NCBI GenBank assembly: GCA_965153285.1
Contig: OZ229121.1
Length of the DNA: 64,000 bases
Strand: one strand, 5' to 3'
Source of the DNA: Podarcis tiliguerta
Lineage: Eukaryota
Position 1 is the stretch's first letter; the number at the start of each line of letters is the position of its first letter. The translations under genes and the position numbers were made by a program. Of the stretch, positions 50,301 to 62,009 are shown piece after piece. The notes beneath the pieces were generated by a model. That model worked only from the letters and a program-made list of their open reading frames with translations, had not been told where the DNA came from and searched no databases.

Positions 50301-53087
50301 ACGTGGGTGGGGAACTCCTTGCTACACTTGTTCAACAAGCATTTCCAGCTCTTTGGAAGAGCTGCCAAGCCGATCTGCACTGTATGAAGACAACATGCAG
50401 TATGTGAACAAAATAAAACTGACTGAAAGAGCAACCAACCAAAATGATATATAACATTTTTTTCCTTATTTAAAACTTTGTTGCTGTGAAATGCATCTCT
50501 TTGTATTGCACTGAAGAAAATGTTGATGCTGCAGATAGAATGAAGAATTCATTGCCCAGTAGCAAATACCTTGTGTTAGATGTGCCAGAAAGTCTTTTCA
50601 GGATTTACAGTAGGACTTAAGATCTCCCTGTTACATTCCACTGGCTAGAAAATTGGTGCCTTTAGAAGGGGAAAGAGCCTAACCACCAGTTGATATTATG
50701 TTTGGGGTATGTCTTTGTATGCTGAAGTGACATTTTGATGCTGGGGTTTTCTGGGCGGGGGGAATGGAGATACTTTTGAAGTCCTCTTGGTCTCCCTTTT
50801 GTCTGTGAAACTGCGCATATAGATTTGTTGTGTCAATTTCTTTCATTGATTGATGAACTAGCTGGCTTTATAGGGATGGCTATTTACATTTGGGTCACCG
50901 TTTATTCTTTATTATAATTAATGGTAGTATCATAGCTGATTTGCTCTCATCTCATAGCTGTTGTTTTTGGGGTTGTTTTTTTAATGGAGGCTTGTTCTTA
51001 AGAGTTTTAGGTGAAATTTATGGTGCAATGTGTATAATTCAGCTGTTTACATTTTATTATATGCAGATGATGCTGTTTTAACCTTGCAAACCCACTTGGG
51101 ACTTAGATGACTTGCAAATTATTGCAGATTGTTATTGAAACAAATATTAACTATGAGAAGTCAAAAGTTAATGGTCTTTCCAAAAGGGAAGGCCAAGTGA
51201 ACTTCAGCCATGGGTATGGATAAGTATCTTGGGATCTTGTTTCATGAAACTACCAGTTAGGAAGTGCAGGACAAATTAGCAAAGGTCAAAGCAAAGCATA
51301 CAATAATAACATTAATTGGATTTTTCTACACAAAAGGAAGTAAATTTGTTCCAGCAACCATATGCATGTAGGCTGCAAAAAGTTGTGACCCAGATTTTGT
51401 TTGGAGCCTCAATCTTGTTTCCAGGACTCAACTTTTCTTTGGAAGGAATTCAGTCTTCCTTTCTTAGAACTATACCTAAATGTGTTGCTGGTGCTGCTTT
51501 TAATTTGGAAGTCAGTTTTAGCTCATTAAGTAGCTTGGCATGGACATACTCAATTCATTATTGGCTTCAAATTTGCTCCTTTACCTCTTCCAACTCTCTG
51601 GTCTGTCAGGTGCTGCTTTGTGTCTTTCTGGAAAAGCGAGTTAAGTGGAAAAAACTGCTGTTGGTTTTTCTCCTGTTTTCTGCTCTCACTGGAATTAGTA
51701 GTTGAATAGAGTATAAATATATAGGCGGGCAAGAGCTACATCTATTAGCTAGGAGAACATCTACTGTACGTCATTGGCCCTGGCTTCATCTGCTTCTAAT
51801 AATGGTGTGTCAATACCAATGCCTCAGTACAGAAGAGTATTTTATTGGACCATATTAATATTAATTCTTCAAAGAGTTTAGATGGCAGAATTGCTAGAGA
51901 GCTTTCATTTAAAGATAGAGGCTGTCCATGTAACCACACAAAGACCGAAACAGTCTCATGTGTTCTTTTACTGTAGTTTTTATCAGGAGCTTAGAGAATG
52001 TATTGTATATCCTTTTATATGACAGCTTCCTAGTTGATCTTATTACAGAGCAGGTGGCAAAATATCTGAATGGTGTCATATTTCTTGTTCTTAGACTGTC
52101 AGGTTTTAAACAGTTTGTTTCAATGAGGCTGCAATTTTGTATTTTGTCTTTTTGACCTGTTGATCATAATAAACATCTGAATATCTAATTTAGGTGTCAT
52201 GCTATATATATATGGTTTTGCTATATGTTCTTGCTATTGGCATTAGCTAGAAGTTTGCCTTTTCAAATCATCGTCTTTATTTATTGCAGTATTGATATTT
52301 TACTTTATTAAATTTGTATACCACCCTTCATCCATAGTTCTCAGGGAGGTTCACAGCAATAGGCTGTAATGCTTTCTTGAGGGCGGGGGAAGTCTAATAA
52401 AGATGAGCACATCCTTTGATAAGTGGTATATTCATTGTTGAATTGTTTCTTCTTAATATCTGCAATACTTGACTTTTCTGTATGCAGGGCAGTGATGGAA
52501 TCCATTATATTTTGGTCCAAGGTGCCAACAAGGTAACTGGCAGTGTTGGATCTCCAGTAGCAGTGGGAGGAACTCCCCCCAGGTTGTGGGTATGGTGGCT
52601 GCTGCAATAAGCAAATGACTGGTTGAGCATGGTGTTAAGAAGGTGTAAACTGTACTGTTGGTTCAGTGAGAGGGAATTGATCGGGTCTGAACAGCAACTA
52701 ATGCGATCAATACAGCTCTGGGAAGCTTTCCATGATTCCTTTCCTCCTCAAACCAACTCTTGACTCGAGGAACAAACTGTTTCTGGGATTCTGCCATGCC
52801 CAAAAGCTTTTCCATAGGTCAAATTGGGGAGTCTTGCTCCATCTACGCCATCACCCCCCTTCCACTAAAGCATAACCTCTGTATACAAAGTCATTCAGAA
52901 CGGTGGACTTGGTGCCCAAGCCCCATATAATAACTATTTCCGTGAATTGTTCCTGGAAACAAATTGGGAGCCAATGAGATCAAACAAAAAGGGAATGACA
53001 TGATCTTTGTAAAATGTACCTGGAAGCAATCTTTCCACACCATTCTGCATCAGCTACACTTTCCAAACCCTTAGAGCACATTTCAGG

Positions 53088-53660
53088 TGTGACAAGAGGG
53101 ATGGTACCTCTGGTGGGGGACATGTTGTGCTCCTTCTGGAGTAGTTTAGCCACCTTTGGTCCCCACCCTGCACTCAGCTCTCACCTGTGGCTCCTAGAAG
53201 CTGCCAGCATGTGACAGTGGCCATACCCCGGGAAATGGATTTGACTGGCTCGCTAAATCAGGTGAGGGTTGCCGATTGGTCTCAACCCTCAGTGAATCAA
53301 GGTCTTCCCCTGCGTGCGATGACGGGATCTGGTTGAGTAAGTGGATGAAACCAGTAGTTGGTCCAGTGGTCAAGAAGGTGGTTTATGCATGTGCTTTAGA
53401 GGGAAGTGAGATGCAGATGGGGCTCATTAACCTGGGAAGGTAACCCATCAAGGAGAAGGAAAACTCTGATCCTCAACCTCCACTGCCTTGCCTCCTTCCA
53501 GCAACTCCTGCAGCCAAGCTGGTGCCAAACATATTGTTCTGCTTTCCTTTGGAACACACCAGCAAGGCCAAGAGGGGGGTCTTGTCGTCTGGGCAGCCCA
53601 GGACCTCTATATACACAGCCCCAGGCTTGCGCCCTGGGGCGAGGTCACTGGTGTAGCACT
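53088..53660 (+). mobile_element. RTE-clade LINE 5' region or non-autonomous derivative
   Basis: Contains aggagaaggaaaactctga, a motif typical of RTE 5' regions, in a GC-richer block with sharp edges. Confidence 0.6.
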
Positions 53661-56088
53661 CCATTGGCCAAGCTAGATATTACCATGGTATATTTGATAG
53701 TGCTTTTTAATTGTGACATGTTGAACTGTGTACATGCTATACAAACATATATCATGGTTAATTCTTATTGTAATTTTAAAGATAAATGTCGTGATACGGA
53801 TAATTAACATTATAATATACTTTCAAATGTTTATTGAAATAAACTAAAATAATAAACTAAAATCTAGTAACTCCAAAATTCAGTTATCAAAAATAAAGGA
53901 ATGATGTAAAATGAATTTACTTTTTTTTTTTTAAATGAATTTGTCTTTGTCAGCTAGTCACACTGCAAAGGGAGAAGTCGTAGCCAAACTAAATGATGGT
54001 CTACAAAAGAGAGAGCTTTAAAATGCCTTCTCTAGCACCGTGTTTAAAAAATACTTTGTTTTATAGCAATCTGAAGACCACAGAAGTTACTAAATATAAT
54101 CTTTCCCAGGCAACCAAAATGTGTGCTTGGAATTTCCCCTTATGCTTCCAAATGCCTAAAATAATGTATGACTCCTGGAATCGTTAGAAAAGGTATCTCC
54201 CCACAGAACCACAAAGTCCATAAGCTGCCAAAAGAAGCCCAAATCAGCATGTGGCAACTCATTGCCATAGTTTCCTTTTCTATTGGTCTTAAATTAGATT
54301 TACCAGGCCTGAAACTGCTGAAATGTTTGCTAGGCCAATATGTTTTCTGGTGTCATTTCTTATTCTAAGATAGCTCTCAAAATACTGTGGCTCCATGTAA
54401 TTAGGCTTGCATAGTTCTGTGGGTTCTGTGCTTTGAAAGGGATCTTACATAGCATTGGAAAGGAAAACTGAGCCACACAGAATAGATTGTATTTGTGTGG
54501 TTACTTGTACTTTATGTTTCCCACCCTTATGCCACCACATACAAGGTTTACTATGCCTGCCAGCTGCGTGCATAGGAGGGAGCTGCATTGTGGTAGGAGG
54601 CATACTTCCTCTACTCAAATTCAAATATGCTGTACACTATAAATGGAAACAAGACAGCAGCTTACTGCTACTGCTGTTTCTCAGAAGCTTGACAAAACCC
54701 TGTAACATTCTTCTCTGAGCCAGTTAAGTATGGTTATTCTGTAATGAGCTAGTAGTTGGCAGGAAATAAACTAGACTTAATAGTTGTAGTCTGATGGCCT
54801 TTTGAGAGTTCATGTGGCCCTTTCAGGTTGGTGAAAAATCTGGATGTTCTGTCCTATGAGATATAGGCAGCGTGCAGGATTGCTGGACGCTGGGAAGATA
54901 GCACAGGGTGAGCTTCATGGTAACCTTTGTGACAAACTGATTGAACTGTAGAACAGCAGCCTGTCCTTCGACTATGAGACAGGGCTGCCCCTGAGTGTTC
55001 TTCTACTGAGAACAGGTAAGGGCAAGCAGACATTTAAAGCACAGCTGGAACTCGCATCATACTGAAGTTGGAGATGAAAGCTCTGCAGTGGTTATGGCAT
55101 CACTGCTGGAAAAGGAGTCTCTTCCTATGCCACAGCCTACAGACTTTTCCTCTGCTGATCTCAGTTGGAAATGGCTCGGTGGGTCAGTTATGTTCTTAGT
55201 TCGCACTCAGCTGTCTGTATTTTGGTTAACTTGGTGACCTTTCCTTCGATGATGTGCTGGACTTTCCAAATGACTTAATGCACATCTAATGTACGCTTTA
55301 CCCTAAGACACTACATTTTTAGAGTAAGAGTGAGTCTTATTTCCTCCACCCCAAATTATTCAGTCATTCAAATTTATGTTGGGAATTATGAACATAGAAC
55401 CAGGAGCCATTCCAATATTAATTTGTAATAGAAATTGAGATATTATGTATGTCTGAGTTTTTGGAATGTGTGGCTTGGGTTTTCTTGCTTGGTTTTGTTT
55501 GATTTCAGTTTGCTTAAGCTGATATGTATATGCAGGGATGGCATGTAGAGCAGTGGCCTAGGGAAAGAATTACAGGAGGAGGAGGAGCTGCCAGAGCCCC
55601 CTTTTCACACAACTACGTGCCAACATTCCTGTCTTCCACATAGTCCAAGGGAAGTATCTGGGGTAGTGACACTTGAGTATCATGCTCTGCCATTTTGCTA
55701 GCACTACAACTAGCTGTAGTTTTTATATTTTATCTTTGGAGCAGAATCGTAATGCACTTGGGTAGGAAAAGCTAGGGAGACCCATAATTCATAAGCCTTG
55801 AGATGATTCTGATTAAATTGCCCTTCCATAGGAAGAAATTGTAGGGAACACATTTCTGCTGCAACAGCCTGATCAGAAGTCTATGGGTGGAATTCAGTGT
55901 CATGCTATTACAAACAGTCCCCACACTGTTCTGGGTGGTCTCCTGACCTCCCCAGAGCCAATTTTGTGTGCATGTGTGCAGGACAAGGACTTTCACTGAC
56001 AGGGTGTGTTAGGTGAATCCTGACCTATTACTTCTCACCTTCCTGTTGAAATCCTGCAGTGGCTTCAGTTGTTTCCACAACTTTGAGG

Positions 56089-56475
56089 TTAAAGGTAAAG
56101 ATAAAGGGACCCCTGACAGTTAAGTCCAGTCGCGAACGACTCTCAGGTTGTGGTGCTCATCTCGCTTTACAGGCCGAGGGAGCCGGTGTTTGTCCGCTTT
56201 CGCAGACAGTTTTTCCGGGTCATGTGGCCAGCATGACTAAGCCGCTTCTGGTGAAACCAGAGCAGTGCACGGAAACGCCGTTTATCTTCCTGCCGGAGCG
56301 GTACCTATTAATATACTTGCACTTCCCATATCTAGGCGTGCTTTCGAACTGCTAGGTTGGCAGGAGCTGGGACTGAGCAACGGGAGCTCATCCCACTGCG
56401 GGGATTTGAACCACCAACCTTTTGATAAGCAAGCCCAAGGCTCAGTGGTTTAGACCACATCGCCACTCGCGTCCC
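56089..56475 (-). mobile_element. Full-length Sauria SINE (longer variant)
   Basis: Homologous to 20848-21200 with an extra internal segment. 10-bp TSD AACTTTGAGG at 56079 and 56478. Confidence 0.93.
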
Positions 56476-57282
56476 TTAACTTTGAGGCTACACCACTGCA
56501 ATATAGTCTGCACATGATGAAGTCTAGTCACAGAAAGTATACAGTACTACAAAAAAGCGTGCTGGCAGAAATTGCTTTTGCTAAAACCGAGTAACATAGC
56601 TAGTCATCTGGAATATATGTCTAGAAAACCATTATTTATTATTTCTACTACTACTGGCTATTATGTAACTGTGTTGTTACATTGGATGTAGTAACACAGT
56701 TAAGTGTTTTGGCTCCTCAAATCACAGTTTGCAACATTTGCCTAGACCGTGGCATTCAGATATCCTGCTACTGTATTTACCAAATTGTGCTTTGGCGGTT
56801 GGGAATGCTCTGCAGGCTTGCACACCCCACCCCCTGTTCCCCTTTGGACTCATTTACTTCTTTCACTGCCTTTCACTGTTTAGCAATGACTGTGATTCAT
56901 TGGGGTATCTGAACCAGCATAACCACAGCTACTGCTAACAAAAGTTTGCTCTCAAGCAATAAAACGATGCTAAATTAAACTGGGATATACACCTAGTTTC
57001 CATAGTTTAGTTTGAGAACCAGTGGTGGTCAGTAGTAACTATATACCAGTTACAACATCATGATATAAGATGTTGAGTAAAGAAAGCTAGAGAAACTCAT
57101 AAATTATAGGTCTCCTTTGATTGCTTCTTTAGCCTTGAAATTCTTCTGGTTAAATTGCCACAAAGGGAGGGGAAATATGCATGGGCAGGGAGAAGTGGTA
57201 ATGAGGAGCACACAAAGCTAGGATGTGTTCTAATCACTGAAACATGGTTTGATAATCAATCAGAATAATGTCTGAACCAAAC

Positions 57283-57405
57283 CAGGGCTTTTTTTCAACT
57301 GGAACTCACCAGCATCTCTCAGGTGGGCACTACTGCCATTATAAGAGAACGAGGGAGGGATTTGTGGTGAGTTCTGGAGCCTATTTTTCTAGAAAAATAG
57401 CACTG
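57283..57405. mobile_element. Short hAT-like MITE
   Basis: TIRs CAGGGCTTTTTT and AAAAATAGCACTG. Includes a perfect 20-bp palindrome at 57381-57400. Confidence 0.7.
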
Positions 57406-57597
57406 CCAGCAACAATTCTCTGTATTTGAGAGAAAGGAAATCCTATTTTAATTTCTCCTATGAACTTGTACAACTGTGTGCTGGATAATTAGCACATAAC
57501 TTTTTTTATCATGGAGTAGCTTCAAGATATGGGAAGTGATTACTGTGTGTCTGTGTCTATACTTTTTGAAATCAAGTGTAGCTAGGTTTGCATGACA

Positions 57598-57750
57598 GGG
57601 TGCCGTAGTGTTTAGAGTGGTGCAGAGCTGGCACGGAGGAGACCCAAGTGTAAACCCACATTCAACTATGAAGCTTATATGGTGACCTTGGAATAGTCAC
57701 TATATCTCAGCCCTGAACATCTACAACTCCCATATTTAGAGTTACTGTTC
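57598..57750 (+). mobile_element. Degenerate tRNA-derived SINE (Squam3/MIR-like)
   Basis: gtagtgtttagagtg...ggagaccca...atgaagct...ggtgaccttgg...gtcact...ctcagcc. Confidence 0.65.
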
Positions 57751-57875
57751 TATATATATTTAAGAATAATACTGGAGACTGAAATCTCCTTTCAATTAGG
57801 ATTGTGGAAATGTGATTCTGTAGTTACTTTGGGGATGGAATTTATCTTCTGATACTTAAGGTTGCTAGGTGCTGA

Positions 57876-58001
57876 TGCTAGGTGGGCAGGCGCTGGGACC
57901 GAGCAACGGGAGCGCACCCCACCGTGGGGATTCGAACTGCCAACCATGCGATCGGCATGTCCTAGGCGCTGAGGTTTTACCCACAGCGCCACCCGCGTCC
58001 C
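57876..58001 (-). mobile_element. Sauria SINE head only (3' part missing)
   Basis: Matches the first ~125 nt of the two full copies and keeps the A and B boxes (GGTTCGAATCC-like). Confidence 0.88.
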
Positions 58002-59511
58002 CTAAAAGTGTCAGTAGAAGTCTCTAATAGCCTTTTCTCTTTAGTTCTGAAAGAGTGCTCAGCATCTTCAAATACAGTTTCTATAGGAATTGCTGAAGTT
58101 GGTAGGATCTGTTGAGATAGCGGTTTATGCATCAAGCATAATATGGACAATCATAAATTGTTTTGAGCAGATGAATAGATTTCTCTCACTAGTGTTTCTT
58201 AAATTAATGCTGATGGAATTTGAATTCTTGAGCACTGAAGCTGATATTGATATCTAATTCTTAGTTTATCATTTATATGTTGACGGGGCAAAACAAATCT
58301 GTTAATATTAACGGATTCTGTCTGGTTTGCTTCACATGTAACACCAACAGCTGGAAATTATACCCATATGAGTTATTCCCATGCTTTGGAGCTATGGGAA
58401 GAAGCCCTGTGCCCATCCACTTCCCCTCTCTGTCCATCCTCCATTGTGTATTCTACTTCAATTAGGATTGCAGTCCTAGTTTGCCAGTTTGGATGTAATG
58501 GCAAACTATGGTTTGATCAAACAAAGAAGCAGAGTACCTGAGTACAGAGTTCATTCATGTACTGCCAAGATGTGGTTTGGCATTACACATGAAGCATCTC
58601 AATGTGTCTCCCTCTTGTGCCTGTCCTCTAGTTTACTTTTCATTATTTTGCTTTGAGCGTTTTTGAAAGTATTTACTTTTGATCTGTAATTTTGCAGGAA
58701 GCCAATCTAAGGTACTTCCCCACCTCTCTAAATTTGAGGTGAATAAGCTATGGGAATATATAATGCCAGCCAAATGCATACAGCATTGGGAGTATTTACT
58801 TCACTTTTAAATAAACTAAATGATTCATATAGACCATGCCAAGTTGTTTCCTGTCTTTACAAATGTTATTGCTGAATTTGCAGATAAATGTGAAAATTCA
58901 TTCATCCATGTTTAAAACATATTCTTGTGTAATGTTCAGGTTTTCAAGATTGGGTAGTTGTAATCTTGGGTTATTGTGTTTATATTATAACATGCATTAT
59001 TCCCTTGATGTTGATTTGTTTATTGTTTTCATTGTCCTTATCAGGAAAAAGGTTTACAGTCCATTATATACTTTGTACCTCAGCATTCAGCTAGACATTT
59101 GTGCCATTTTCTAGTAGTACTTTATGTACTATTTTCTCAGTAGAAAGAAAGCCAATCTGCCAAATATTATTTTGAATATAGATCTTTTATAGAATTACCA
59201 TTGCCCACTGCACTACCTACTTTCATAGCTAGTTCTTCTGGTTATATAAAGTGCATCCAGTTCATGATTTGGTTCAGATACTGATTTCTATCAATAAATG
59301 TTTCCACAGTCGGCACAACTCTTCTGCATGTAGTAAAGATATATCACATCTTACTCCTCTGAGCTTGCAGAATGAATACCTTTATTTTTAATTAGTCACT
59401 ATGACTTTTTAATGTCCAAATGGTAGGTGGCAATGTGTTTTTTGGAGAGAGAAGGGGAAGTAAAGCTTTCCCTCAGTTTTAAATAAAATAATGATTTCAA
59501 ACAGTATAACA

Positions 59512-59588
59512 GTACAATCCTATACATGTCTACTCAGAATTAAGTATCATGGAGTTCAACTCCAGAGTAAATGTGTATAGGATAGCAC
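59512..59588. repeat. Short hairpin-shaped interspersed repeat (best copy of a family with many copies in this window)
   Basis: 24-nt arms complementary at 19/24 (caatcctatacatgtctactc ... gagtaaatgtgtataggat). Confidence 0.75.
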
Positions 59589-61913
59589 CACTGCAGTCTA
59601 TTTGTTTAAAAATAACTGATGATAATTTGCAATGTTTTATTACAGTGTAGCACAGCAACAGATGCTTTTAGCCTTTCTGCAGATCATGCTGGCAATCCTT
59701 TATAACAATCGTTAAGAAATTGGAAGCAAATTGTTTGGCTGCAGCAACAAAATATATACTCTATGAAAACTTGTTCTGGTCTCTTAACTATGCTTAAGAA
59801 AGTGCTGCTTGCTGATTCTCTCTGGATTGGTGATTGATATTAGTAGTTTTTAAAGTATTTTTTAAGACGGCAACCCAGTTTTAAGAAATGTTAATTAAGG
59901 CTGAAATGCTGTATGGATTTACCTGAGAGTACACCTATGGTATGTAAATAATATTAAACATGCAAATGTAATAAATATTAAAACAGAAAAGTACATTTTT
60001 TAAAAAGAATATTTCTAAGGAAGATTATGATTTTTTAAAAGTTTTTACAGCAACAGAAAAAATAAATACAAAAAAATGAGAGAGCATAGGCATAAATATT
60101 TAGATTTCATTCTGCAACTAGCATTAATTCTGTCAGATACTATCCTCATTTACCTGTTGTTGTTTTTTTTGGGGGAAAGGGGGCATTCATATATCAAAAC
60201 AAGATTGCCCAATTGAGATTATTCTCTCTCTGCCTTTCCTCTAAATAAAGCTACCCATCTCTATCTCCTCCAATACATCCACTGTTTCCTGGTGATGGCT
60301 ATCTGGTAGGGCGACAGAGTGCAGAGTAGCAAGTGAGGGTGTTTTCTGTAGCTAATGGTGCTGGCATCCCTCTTGTGGCTCATTGAACTGCTTCCGAGGA
60401 AGGAAGAACCATTTGCAATGATATAAAGGGACAGAGTGGTTTGGTTGCTGCTGGAACAGCAGAGACAGGGTTATCTTCTCATCTCTTGCTTGGGGCTGCT
60501 GCTTCACCTTCTACTTGGTGCCCCTGACCTCCAGACAAGAAGAGCTGAGGATGGAAGAGCTATCATACTCCCTGTGATGCCTTCTTCACCCACTTCTCAC
60601 TCACTCTTGCCCAGGTGGGAAAACATGACTGACACCCCCTCCTTCCTTGGCTCTTTTGCACAAGCTGTGCTCTGCTGAGGGAGGGAAAGAAAAAGTGGAA
60701 AAACTCAGGATTTATATTACTCCTATGTGGCTGCTGCATACCATCTGCAGTAGAGATTGGCTCAAAAGTTAGGGACTTTGTAAAGAGGCACAGGAGTGAT
60801 TAAAATTGCAAATGAAAATTGTTGGAACACATATAGTTTATACGTGCATATATATTGTTGGTTTTTTTATTTTGTTTGCAATCGCTGCTGAAGTTTTGTG
60901 GCCACTCTTATTGGTTGAATGATATTTTGATTATTAAACTTGTACATTTCAACAGCAATTTTTTTTTAGAAGGATTTCATCCAGAAGCTTAAAAAATATT
61001 GCATTTCTATGGCCATGTTTTTCAGATATTTTATTGAATGATATAATTTATTGCCTTCCCAGGAAAAATTCCTCAAAAAGTATATAAATGCAAAATTTAT
61101 GAGGGCAGATTATGCCAAAATGCTCATTTTGCCAGTGACAAGTACCATCCCTCTGGCAAGTGGATTCTCTGAAAATATGAAGAAGGAGAGGGTGTTTTGT
61201 TTTGTTTCCCTCTGTAAAATCATAGTGAAGAAAAACAGACACATCCCACTTCCCCACTTCCTAACTTACAAGCATTGGGGAAGAAGTAATATCCATGCTG
61301 CTGCTTGCATTCTCTGAAGACCTGCAGGAGGTAGAATAAACTATTGACCCTCTCCCAAGTGCTCTGAACATGCTAGAGAAGTTGGAGCTGGGTGGATGGT
61401 GGCAACCACAAATGCAAGATGGCTAGCAAGCCAAGCAAAAGATGTATGGATATCTGTTTTATGATGTGATGTAAAACCATGTTTTTAGGAGAAATGGACA
61501 TTAAATTTTGTATACCTTCTTTTTTAACAATACTACTTTGCATTTATTACACTAGAATAAAACATTAATAGTTTCTTATACATCAGAAACACTGAGGGTT
61601 GTATCCGACAGAGTTGTCTTGTTGGTGCAAGGACTTCCGCCCTCTCCTCCCCTGGCCCAGATATCTTCTGGAGTTTTCCCACAACTCTCCAGAGCAATTG
61701 TTTGGGTGTGTCTGTGTGTGTGTGCTGAGAACACGGAGGAGAAGGGAGGTCAGGTTCCATTGCAGAAGTCTTTATGTGAATGAGATGACTTCTGTTGGAT
61801 ACAACCCTTTATTAATTTTTAGTAGCAGCTCATATAAACGCAATTTAAATGACAAAAAAATCATTTTGCATAAACCTGATGTTGCATTTTATTTTGCTTT
61901 CATGCTTTGTTAG

Positions 61914-62009
61914 AAATATAAAGAAAAGGATAAACATAAACAAAAACACAAGAAGCAATCAGAATCCTCACCGTCTCTGGTTCCTTCTCTAACAGTAACT
62001 ACAGAGAAA
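61914..62009 (+). CDS. MLLT10: MLLT10 exon 9 (Lys-rich, NLS-like); gene continues beyond the window
   Basis: ctttgttag|AAA...AAA|gtaagt, 96 nt. Encodes KYKEKDKHKQKHKKQSESSPSLVPSLTVTTEK. Confidence 0.97.

Noticed and set aside
52341-53000. Minus-strand PWTKI/MDSITAL resembling a Gypsy integrase motif
   Set aside because: It needs a frameshift, and the flanking HHCC and DDE motifs are absent.
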